Shown one piece after another: positions 8,601 to 15,135 of a stretch of 64,000 bases of DNA; the stretch's first letter is position 1, and each line of letters starts with the position of its first letter. Source of the stretch: a virus; IMG/VR virus record IMGVR_UViG_3300021256_000006, positions 35,954 to 99,953 of that record; one strand, given 5' to 3'. Below the pieces are notes generated by a model, which ran no database searches, had not been told where the DNA came from, and worked only from the letters and a program-made list of their open reading frames with translations. A program made the position numbers and the translations under genes.

Positions 8601-10675
8601 ACGCAAAAATCATGAACCTCCGCAATTCTATCAATTCGAGGAAGGATGATATTGTGGACTTCGAGAGGCTGGGCATTGACCACATCTTCATTGACGAGAG
8701 CCACCAGTTCAAGAACCTCGGCTTTGTGACACGGCATGACCGCGTGGCTGGCATTGGCAACACACAGGGCAGCAAGCGTGCTTTCAATCTGTTGATGGCC
8801 ATCCGCACCATACAGAACCGCACAGGGCGTGACCTCGGTGCCACCTTCCTCAGTGGCACCACCGTTACTAATTCCCTCACAGAACTGTTCCTTCTCTTCA
8901 AGTATCTCCGGCCCAATGCACTTCGCAAACAAGCCATCACTTGCTTCGATGCTTGGGCTGCTATATTCACGAAGAAGAGCACGGAGTTCGAGTTCAATGT
9001 CACCAACTGCATCGTTCAGAAGGAGCGCTTCCGTTACTTTATCAAGGTGCCGGAACTCGCCATGTTCTACAACGAGATTACAGACTTCCGAACGGCAGAG
9101 GATGTCGGCATCGAACGACCCCAAAAGCATGCAAGACTGCTGAACATAAAGCCGACACCGGACCAAGAGGGCTTCATTGAGCGTCTGATGAAGTTTGCGC
9201 AGGGAGGTTCCCCTTCCCTGATATTCCGTGAAAGCCTTTCCGACAACGAGGAAAAGGCGCGTATGCTTATCTGTACCGACCTCGCTCGAAAGATGTCTCT
9301 GGATATGCGGCTGATTGACCCTCGCTTTGGTGATCATCCATCCAACAAGGCAAGCCAATGCGCCAACCTCGTCAAGAAGTATTATGATGAATATGACGAC
9401 CAACGTGGCACACAGCTCATCTTCTCCGACATATCCACATGGCAAAACAATACCGATTGGAGTGTGTACAGCGAAATCAAGCGAAAGCTGATGGACATGG
9501 GCATACCTGGCAGCGAAATCAGGTTCATTCAGGAGTGTAAGAACGACCACCAAAAACAATTGCTCATTGAGCAGGTCAACCTCGGATATGTGCGTGTCCT
9601 CTTTGGCTCCACATCCATGCTGGGTACCGGAGTGAACCTCCAGCAGCGAGTGGTGGCCGTGCATCACCTCGACACACCGTGGCGACCTTCCGACCTCGAA
9701 CAGAGAGACGGACGGGCCATCCGGAAAGGAAACGAAGTGGCACGGCTCTATGCCAACAACCAAGTAGATGTTATCATCTATGCTGTTGAACGCTCGTTGG
9801 ACTCTTACAAGTTCAATCTCCTGCACCTCAAACAAACCTTCATCAACCAACTCAAACGAGGACAACTCGGAGTGAGAACGATTGACGAGGGCAGCATGGA
9901 CGAGAACGGCATGAACTTCTCGGAGTACATGGCTATTCTTTCCGGCAACACCGACTTGCTGGAACGTGCCAAACTGGAGAAGCGCATTGCCATGCTGGAG
10001 GCCGAACGCAAGAACTTCTACCGTGACCAGCGAGAACAAGAGGAAAAAATGGAAACGCTGAAAAAGGATAACGAGCTCTACAAAAATCACCTTGCAGACG
10101 CCCAAGCCGACTTTGCCAAGTTCAACAAAGCAAGGCGCCTCGATGAAGAGGGCAATGTAGTGAACGACCTCCGTCTGGATGGTCTCGCACTCAGCGGTTC
10201 CCCCGCTGAGATACAAACCCTCCTCGGCAACCACCTCATCAAAATTGCCAACACCGCCAGAACACAAGATGCCCACCTTCCCATCGGCTCCATCTATGGA
10301 TTCAAGGTGCTGGTCAAGACGGTGGAGACAGCAACGATGGACGGCAATCCGCAGTACGCTAATATGTTCTTTGTCAGCAGCGACACACTCATGTATTCTT
10401 ACAATAATGGCTACATCAATCGCAACTCTCCCAAGGCATCAGCACTCTACCCGCTGAACGCCTTGCAGCGCATCCCGGAAATCATCACTGGGTGGATGGA
10501 GAAAATCGAAAGCAACGAGAACAGCATCAAGCAGATTGCATCTATCCTTTCCGCAACGACTGAATGGTCAAAGGAGGACCGTTTGAAGCAGCTGAAGAAT
10601 GACCTCAAACTTCTTGACAAGAAGATTGAGGAAGACATGAAGAAAAAGGACGAGCCCACCAAGAAAGCAGCCTAA
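5654..10675 (+). CDS. fused N6-adenine DNA methyltransferase / SNF2(SF2)-like helicase (polyvalent-type)
   Basis: Start chosen at ATG 5654, behind the conserved leader. Methyltransferase-like motifs are 'DPSAGTGVF' and 'TTNVPFG'. Helicase motifs are 'EVGSGKTL' (Walker A), 'IDESHQFKN' (DExH), 'GSTSMLGTGVNLQ' and 'QRDGRAIRKGN'. Confidence 0.85.
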   Translation: MATKLQRLRDNIEAIRHALTSPHYDADIMNKYTGFGGMTFLLNNLEKKSWSKTDKPCYDDTVKLRQLLHDKSENEKQYEAWIQSLKASTSTAYYTPREIPQTLFDNLYHMAKGWYDSNIYPKKVLDPSAGTGVFMCSVLQASLDSGNIPKQVGYELDLLTGTILKQRLLGHDIRIKGFETIPNEDLGTFDLVTTNVPFGNINVFDPLYTNSKEQVKRDAAKMIHRYYVLKGLDCLRNGGVLAYIITSNYINRDNDQLAEALKHANLVTAIRFPNNLFKEAGTEVGTDLLILQKDEHKQALTEDEQQLLTPMEMDDCPTNLYFNNHPDHIIATSTEIGTDPYGKPGYIYYHKDGVQGVAADMGRLLKAELPNIDKSAFQKGPSLSPSSSLAVSGSPADTTSPAPTAKHPIPNSSFLIPNSEPLFFHYANKFFLFFTFAPSKHQAPASKEQKLKNLHKLYTDLYNYEASYQNEDEEGRCKLNASYDLFVRSYGFLNDSKNASLAKRLGITDLLAIERYENGTWVKADIMLAPVAFSTDEEPKASSPQEALAASLNKYGKPNIDYMLSITTCTRDQLLSELHDEVFLNPINGQYEVRAKFLSGNVIEKIDAIEKLSASQLSTATCQLSLKALKSVIPAPIPFEELDFNLGERWIDCKVYERFANDFFSMPGNTPDIEVRYNPLLDQYAAGLRKWDWNEKIRTQYAVKSEASKTLDGLEIFTHALHNTIPKLMKYQRDKEGRIMTDENYDKIKIEDSENMQLAATKIEEIRQAFEEWLRRQPREFRDDLASVYNHRFNCFVKPKYDGSHQTFPDLNMKGLKEKYGIDHIYDSQKDCVWMLLLNGGGICDHEVGSGKTLIMCIAAHEMKRLGLCHKPMIIGMKANVSAIAETYRTAYPNARILFATEADYSASNRMAFFNNAKNNDYDCIIMSHDQFGRIPQSEKIQLDIMCDELRQVEDSLTAMEDWGYKVTSKMLRGLEIRKRNLHAKIMNLRNSINSRKDDIVDFERLGIDHIFIDESHQFKNLGFVTRHDRVAGIGNTQGSKRAFNLLMAIRTIQNRTGRDLGATFLSGTTVTNSLTELFLLFKYLRPNALRKQAITCFDAWAAIFTKKSTEFEFNVTNCIVQKERFRYFIKVPELAMFYNEITDFRTAEDVGIERPQKHARLLNIKPTPDQEGFIERLMKFAQGGSPSLIFRESLSDNEEKARMLICTDLARKMSLDMRLIDPRFGDHPSNKASQCANLVKKYYDEYDDQRGTQLIFSDISTWQNNTDWSVYSEIKRKLMDMGIPGSEIRFIQECKNDHQKQLLIEQVNLGYVRVLFGSTSMLGTGVNLQQRVVAVHHLDTPWRPSDLEQRDGRAIRKGNEVARLYANNQVDVIIYAVERSLDSYKFNLLHLKQTFINQLKRGQLGVRTIDEGSMDENGMNFSEYMAILSGNTDLLERAKLEKRIAMLEAERKNFYRDQREQEEKMETLKKDNELYKNHLADAQADFAKFNKARRLDEEGNVVNDLRLDGLALSGSPAEIQTLLGNHLIKIANTARTQDAHLPIGSIYGFKVLVKTVETATMDGNPQYANMFFVSSDTLMYSYNNGYINRNSPKASALYPLNALQRIPEIITGWMEKIESNENSIKQIASILSATTEWSKEDRLKQLKNDLKLLDKKIEEDMKKKDEPTKKAA
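6824..6844 (+). repeat. 8-bp-stem hairpin (GTCAGCGG-TTCCC-CCGCTGAC) inside the MTase-helicase ORF
   Basis: The 17-nt core CAGCGGTTCCCCCGCTG is identical to the copies at 10190 and 43622. The outer base pair covaries. Confidence 0.8.
10190..10210 (+). repeat. 8-bp-stem hairpin (CTCAGCGG-TTCCC-CCGCTGAG) inside the MTase-helicase ORF
   Basis: Identical 17-nt core. It encodes 'SGSPA', as at 6824. Confidence 0.8.
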
Positions 10676-10820
10676 TAAAAAAATAGGAATTTGGAATGAG
10701 GAATGAGGAATGGTATGTTATGCTGATTGCATGGTATCAATTCCTATCTCCTCATTTCTCATTCCTAACTCCTCATTGTATCAACATTCCATTCCTAACT
10801 CCTAATTCCTAATTCCTCAT

Positions 10821-10852
10821 TTTGTATAATTCCTCATTTATTCTTACCTTTG
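10821..10852 (+). promoter_or_regulatory. canonical Bacteroidota promoter (TTTG-N20-TACCTTTG)
   Basis: The -33 TTTG sits at 10821-10824 and the -7 TACCTTTG at 10845-10852, with consensus spacing. Confidence 0.6.
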
Positions 10853-10857
10853 CACCG

Positions 10858-10950
10858 GAAATGCGATAGTTTCCGGTCATAGTAATCCTTGTTTCCAAGG
10901 ATGATTTGATGATGAGGAGGGCGGCGTGATGAACCGCCCTCCAACTTTTT
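10858..10950 (+). ncRNA. candidate ~90-nt structured small RNA
   Basis: Downstream of the promoter lie three perfect stem-loops: 10855-10876 (7 bp), 10885-10902 (7 bp) and 10916-10942 (9-bp GC-rich). A TTTTT run follows at 10946-10950. There is no ORF. Confidence 0.45.
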
Positions 10951-10963
10951 CCCATCCTTTGCT

Positions 10964-11032
10964 CCTGCGTACAGCGGTTTTCCCGCTGACACCGCTCAAT
11001 CACCCTCCCTGCGTACAGCGGTTTTCCCGCTG
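10964..11032 (+). repeat. two copies of the CCTGCG-YN-CAGCGG-TTTTC-CCGCTG hairpin element
   Basis: Two identical 25-mers, CCTGCGTACAGCGGTTTTCCCGCTG, at 10964-10988 and 11008-11032. Confidence 0.85.
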
Positions 11033-11060
11033 TCTCCCATCTTATATAAATAATGTGTAC

Positions 11061-11098
11061 TGCAACTTCAAGACAAAAAAGTTGCAAAACATGTTGCA
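11061..11098. promoter_or_regulatory. TGCAAC/GTTGCA inverted and direct repeat cluster (operator candidate)
   Basis: TGCAACTT-N10-AAGTTGCA (8-bp dyad) plus a third GTTGCA at 11093-11098. It lies 40 nt upstream of the TAACTTTG box at 11138. Confidence 0.35.
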
Positions 11099-11137
11099 TA
11101 ACATAAAAATGATGTAACAAAATACATCAAAACACGA

Positions 11138-11145
11138 TAACTTTG
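11138..11145 (+). promoter_or_regulatory. -7 box TAACTTTG
   Basis: Matches TAnnTTTG, 66 nt upstream of ATG 11212. Confidence 0.45.
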
Positions 11146-11211
11146 CAAACAGAATCAATAAACGCTGCGCCAGATAGCAAAACCAAATCCCAAGGGCATG
11201 GGTAACAGATT

Positions 11212-12327
11212 ATGAAAAAGTTCACAGCATCCGAGAACGCAACACGCAAGCAGGTTTTCGCCTACAACCGCGAGAGGTCAAAGAACTCATGGATGGACTC
11301 TTGCACCAAGGTATTCGGCAAGAGTAAGGTTGTTCGCCAGGCCATCGAAGACAGCAACAAGCGCATTGCTTCTCACACTACAGTTCTTACAGGTATCGAC
11401 GCTTACAAGGCTCGATTGAAGGACCGCCTCGAAGGTTTTGCCGCTTGCCTTCCTTCATCCGGTTACAGCATGGGCGAGTTCAAACACATTACTTGCCGCC
11501 ACCTGGGCATCGTTTCTTCTTACGACGCTACCGATGAATACGCAAGGTCTTGCAAGTTCCGCGCAACTCACGGACGTGTAGAGGTTGAGCTTCCCGTTCG
11601 CTTGCTCGCCAAGGCTGAGAACATGGACGGCATGATTACCATCCGCACCAAGCAGATTCAGAATCGCATCTGGAAGTGCCAGTGGGTAGAGTTTGACTAC
11701 ACCCGAAACGGTCGTGGCATCATCAACAGCGAGGTTGGCTACCATCTGGTAAGTGGTTACGTTGTACGCTATGAGAACCACCGAGTTGAGACTTACGCTT
11801 TCAAGAATGGTAAGAACAACACATCAGGCGTTGATTACATCGGAGGTTGGTATCACACCACATCACTTGACAAAGCTCGCAAGAACTTGAAGAGATACCT
11901 TGCTGAAGAGAAGTATTACACCAAGTGTCACGCCATCTTCGCAAAGCGTCGCGCTATCGAAGAGAAGGAGGACGAGAAACGCGCCAAGGCTGAAGCTCGT
12001 GCCAAGGCAAAGGCTGCCAAGGAGTTTGCCAAGCAGGTGAAGCGCGTACAGAAGAGCACCGAACTTTCCGACATCCTTCAGCACATGTACGTCTATCAGG
12101 ACAGCATCAAGGCTGGCAACTGTGTGCCCGGAACCGATGGATTCCTCAAAGCTCACAACCTTCAGAAGACTGACACCCGTAGCGGTGAGTTTCTTCTCCG
12201 CATCAGTCGCCACACATGGCAGCATAAGAACGTCATCCGCGTCCTTGTCCGCTACGCCGCTGACACTCACACCGATTTCTATCAGCAGAATCAGGAGGCT
12301 GTTCGTTCAATTCTTAATACTTTATAA
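11212..12327 (+). CDS. hypothetical protein
   Basis: 371-aa ORF downstream of the TAACTTTG box at 11138. It has a Lys/Ala/Glu-rich central segment. Confidence 0.65.
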   Translation: MKKFTASENATRKQVFAYNRERSKNSWMDSCTKVFGKSKVVRQAIEDSNKRIASHTTVLTGIDAYKARLKDRLEGFAACLPSSGYSMGEFKHITCRHLGIVSSYDATDEYARSCKFRATHGRVEVELPVRLLAKAENMDGMITIRTKQIQNRIWKCQWVEFDYTRNGRGIINSEVGYHLVSGYVVRYENHRVETYAFKNGKNNTSGVDYIGGWYHTTSLDKARKNLKRYLAEEKYYTKCHAIFAKRRAIEEKEDEKRAKAEARAKAKAAKEFAKQVKRVQKSTELSDILQHMYVYQDSIKAGNCVPGTDGFLKAHNLQKTDTRSGEFLLRISRHTWQHKNVIRVLVRYAADTHTDFYQQNQEAVRSILNTL

Positions 12328-12383
12328 TCCTACTTCATTATATAACCCAACAGCCCTCGACATCACGGTTAAGTCAGGAACTT

Positions 12384-13196
12384 ATGAAAACAATGGAATG
12401 GAAAGATTACCTGAATACTCAGCAAGATGCCTATTTGGATGAAGAAAATGGTGCTGACAACGAGGTTGCATATAAGAATGATGACTATACAGTATGGGCA
12501 CACCAGTCATTACACGCAGACGGAGAACATTTCTTCAGTGGTAGCGGCATTGATTTCGCGATGGTTAGCAACAACGCTGAATACGAATACCTGTGCTATG
12601 ACTGCACGCTGAATGAGATTATCAAGAGTCTGGCTCCCGATGCTGAGACTATGCAGGACGTAGCCGACTACTACAACAATTGCGAATCCCTCGACACCCA
12701 GGCTCTTGAAGCCATGATTGAGGCTAACGGATGGGTAAGCGATTGTGATACCGAGTGGGGTGTATGCCACAACGACACAGAGAGGGTGATCATCAACGAT
12801 GAAGGTCAGGCTGTAGTTGTTTCGATGGAAAAGAACTCAGCACTTGCCGCGCTCATGGATGTTAGACTTCAAATTGCGGTCGAAGGTTGGACTATCCCCA
12901 CCAATGACGAAGGTAGTGGCAGCGCAGGCGTGAACTTCCTGACAGACACCGAGGCTGTTGATGCTTACATCCGCTTTGCCTTGACAGGTGACAACACCGA
13001 TTGTCCTAACACTAACAGCATCGAGTATGTTCCTGTTGCTGATTTTGGCGACACCGAGAATGAAGTGCTCGACGAGATTATGCAGTACGCTCACATTTGC
13101 AACGTGGAACGTGACGAGGTTCTTGGATTCATCGTCTGTCACGAAGCATATCACGATATGCCTTACACATTCTACATCACTCACATTCGCGGATAA
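12384..13196 (+). CDS. hypothetical highly acidic protein
   Basis: 270-aa ORF, rich in D/E. No motif recognised. Confidence 0.6.
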   Translation: MKTMEWKDYLNTQQDAYLDEENGADNEVAYKNDDYTVWAHQSLHADGEHFFSGSGIDFAMVSNNAEYEYLCYDCTLNEIIKSLAPDAETMQDVADYYNNCESLDTQALEAMIEANGWVSDCDTEWGVCHNDTERVIINDEGQAVVVSMEKNSALAALMDVRLQIAVEGWTIPTNDEGSGSAGVNFLTDTEAVDAYIRFALTGDNTDCPNTNSIEYVPVADFGDTENEVLDEIMQYAHICNVERDEVLGFIVCHEAYHDMPYTFYITHIRG

Positions 13197-13226
13197 TAAC
13201 GAACGAAAGCATTATATCATATAATT

Positions 13227-13445
13227 ATGAATTTACTCCAACTATCAGCAGTTGCACAGGCATACTACGAGGGGCTTCGCGCCCCCAGCCTGGCGCAAGG
13301 GTGGGAAAAGTATGTCGCCACCAACGGCACAACGTGTATGTTTGTTCACAGCGACTACAACCCACAACCAGGCGAGGCAGTCTTTTTCCTCGCAACGAGA
13401 AACCGTCAAATCAGTTGTCAACTCTACAAACACGTTGAACCATGA
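13227..13445 (+). CDS. hypothetical protein
   Basis: 72-aa ORF whose stop overlaps the next start (ATGA at 13442). Confidence 0.5.
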   Translation: MNLLQLSAVAQAYYEGLRAPSLAQGWEKYVATNGTTCMFVHSDYNPQPGEAVFFLATRNRQISCQLYKHVEP

Positions 13446-13915
13446 AGGCTCCACAAAAACCGCTCTTCATCATCGACTCGTCTCACACTCATGGACGAGG
13501 GACAGAGACAGAATGGGTGAGCTGCACATCATCAAGCTGTCCATTTGTGGCAAGTGTTGTCGTTGTCAGTGAGCAAGAGTACAACAGGCACTATGACCCT
13601 GCTGATACAATGACCGCTTACTCGGACGTACAAAATGGTATGCGCCTGATGGTTCACGTCACCAACATTGACACCGAGCATGACCCTTCACAACTCCGTA
13701 CCTTGCTGCGCAAACTTGTGAAGGAGTTAATGCTTCGGAAAGCCATCGTTGAGTATTCACCAGAGGCACCGTCAGACGAAGCCATCATCAAGTTCATTGA
13801 GATTCTGCAAGGGCAGAACCGCGAGAACCTGCGCACGGAACCTAACGAGCAGACACACCGAACGGTGTATGCGCTCCTGAAGAAGATGCACGATGACTAC
13901 ACGAACAAGCAATAA
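13442..13915 (+). CDS. hypothetical protein
   Basis: 157-aa ORF followed by an 8-bp hairpin terminator at 13925-13948. Confidence 0.6.
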   Translation: MKAPQKPLFIIDSSHTHGRGTETEWVSCTSSSCPFVASVVVVSEQEYNRHYDPADTMTAYSDVQNGMRLMVHVTNIDTEHDPSQLRTLLRKLVKELMLRKAIVEYSPEAPSDEAIIKFIEILQGQNRENLRTEPNEQTHRTVYALLKKMHDDYTNKQ

Positions 13916-13924
13916 CAAACGAAG

Positions 13925-13948
13925 GGAGGGAGCCAACAGACTCCCTCC
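13925..13948. terminator. bidirectional stem-loop terminator
   Basis: GGAGGGAG-N8-CTCCCTCC, a perfect 8-bp stem. It lies 3' of the + gene 13442..13915 and 3' of the minus-strand Cas12a-repeat RNA. Confidence 0.5.
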
Positions 13949-14011
13949 TAAGATACTAATTTGTGAGCAATTCACATACCGCTTTTGCGGTTATCTACAA
14001 TAGTAGAAATT
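13925..14011 (-). ncRNA. solitary Cas12a (type V-A) crRNA repeat unit: Racr-like or crRNA-like small RNA
   Basis: Minus strand 14011->13993 reads AATTTCTACTATTGTAGAT, the 19-nt Cas12a handle (UCUAC-UAUU-GUAGA stem-loop). A TACCTTTG box lies 8 nt upstream. About 45 nt of unique sequence follow, then the terminator hairpin. There is no second repeat. Confidence 0.7.
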
Positions 14012-14019
14012 CAATGCTG

Positions 14020-14027
14020 CAAAGGTA
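14020..14027 (-). promoter_or_regulatory. Bacteroidota -7 box (TACCTTTG) upstream of the Cas12a-repeat RNA
   Basis: The reverse complement of 14020-14027 is TACCTTTG, matching TAnnTTTG. It could instead be a remnant of the 5' 'ACCUUUU' part of a native Cas12a repeat. Confidence 0.45.
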
Positions 14028-14089
14028 CTGAGTATGCACGGTGTGAACAAACAAAAAAAGATGTTTAACGACATAAAACCACTACAATT

Positions 14090-14251
14090 ATGACTGCAAA
14101 ACAACTCGACCGCCTCATTGACGAGCTTCTTAATCTAACAGAAGAAGAACGTAAGCAATTCCTAAGCCGGATGCGACAAGTGATAAAGTCCACAGCTTGC
14201 AACTGTGAAGACCTTGCCAAAGCCTTTTCTAATTTCACGCAAGAAGAATGA
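14090..14251 (+). CDS. small acidic protein (53 aa), candidate anti-CRISPR by context
   Basis: Hand-translated ORF (MTAKQLDRLIDELLNLTEEERKQ...). It is translationally coupled (ATGA overlap) to the downstream XRE HTH gene and is divergent from the Cas12a repeat unit. Confidence 0.45.
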   Translation: MTAKQLDRLIDELLNLTEEERKQFLSRMRQVIKSTACNCEDLAKAFSNFTQEE

Positions 14252-14469
14252 ATACAAGAACTAATATCGGCAAGCGCATTGCCGAACTCCGAGAACAACA
14301 AAATCTGTCGCAGAGAGAGCTGGCCCGTCGATGCAACATTGACCAGGCTCACATATCCAGAATAGAGCGAGGACTGTTATCGCCATCTCTCGACACGCTT
14401 GCAGAAATAGCGGAAACACTTGATGCCAAGGTGGAACTTGTCCCCTGCGCTCAACGGTTTTCCCGTTGA
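14248..14469 (+). CDS. XRE-family helix-turn-helix transcriptional regulator (Aca-like by context)
   Basis: 'IGKRIAELREQQNLSQRELARRCNIDQAHISRIERG' is a typical Cro/CI-type HTH. The C-terminus and stop codon lie inside hairpin element 14444-14468. Confidence 0.8.
   Translation: MNTRTNIGKRIAELREQQNLSQRELARRCNIDQAHISRIERGLLSPSLDTLAEIAETLDAKVELVPCAQRFSR
14444..14468 (+). repeat. hairpin element, CAACGG/CCGTTG stem variant
   Basis: CCTGCGCTCAACGGTTTTCCCGTTG, with a compensatory G->A / C->T change in the stem. Confidence 0.8.
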
Positions 14470-14505
14470 AAAATAAAAATACTAATCATCAAATCTCAAA
14501 CAACT

Positions 14506-14955
14506 ATGTTAACAATTATCGCAATCATCATCACAGCAGTAGTGGCAGCATCACTTACTTTTACAGCCACACGCTCACTCTACATTCACCGCTTTGCGGA
14601 ATGGTATCGCCAAGCCGTTGACAGCGAAGACATCAACGAAACAGCAAGAGCTGAAGGAGACGCCATGTATAATACGCTTTACAACAAGTGGCACATGATC
14701 CGGGAAGTGGACAATTCCATCATCCCAGAATATGTGTCCCAAAAATTTGACGTCGAAGGAGATGTGTTCACACAATGTGACCTGCGCTTCAATTGCCGTG
14801 TGGCCCGTTGGTTGGGTTATGACCTCACATTGACTAAGCGTGACGTTCCGCCACCACCACCATTCAAACCATCTTCCCCCAAAAACATACGCACCGAATT
14901 GGTGGAGTGCATAGATGCAACATTAAGCGCCGAAGATGAACAGGAAGAATCATGA
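14506..14955 (+). CDS. membrane-anchored hypothetical protein
   Basis: N-terminal hydrophobic helix 'LTIIAIIITAVVAASLTF' and a Pro-rich C-terminal part. Confidence 0.6.
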   Translation: MLTIIAIIITAVVAASLTFTATRSLYIHRFAEWYRQAVDSEDINETARAEGDAMYNTLYNKWHMIREVDNSIIPEYVSQKFDVEGDVFTQCDLRFNCRVARWLGYDLTLTKRDVPPPPPFKPSSPKNIRTELVECIDATLSAEDEQEES

Positions 14956-15135
14956 ATGTAACCGCAATTATGTTAAATACCGAGGGGAATGCCTAAAAAA
15001 GACGGCACCTTATAAGGGTGTCGCCACTTGTGCTTAGCAATCAAATGCAGAAACTCTTACCACTCCGTACACATAATTGCCATACAGCATAATATTGATT
15101 CCAGTTGCTTTATGTTTGGTGTTCTCGCAATCCCA

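Noticed and set aside
8558-10276. A 572-aa minus-strand ORF.
   Set aside because: It is antisense to the helicase part of the + strand ORF, which carries the Walker A, DExH and motif VI signatures. No motif is present on the minus-strand product.
10683-10747. An inverted patch of GGAAT-type repeats, considered as a large hairpin or terminator after the methyltransferase-helicase gene.
   Set aside because: Only a 9-bp complement (ATAGGAATT / AATTCCTAT) pairs, with a 47-nt loop. The remainder does not pair in hairpin register.
10858-10950. The structured RNA considered as a tRNA or tmRNA.
   Set aside because: It has no cloverleaf proportions, no T-loop GTTCRANYC and no acceptor-stem pairing. 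I found no tRNA-like sequence anywhere in the window.
13979-13992. The small hairpin ACCGC-TTTT-GCGGT, considered as an independent terminator.
   Set aside because: The stem is only 5 bp. It lies inside the putative spacer-like part of the Cas12a-repeat RNA and is better treated as part of that transcript.
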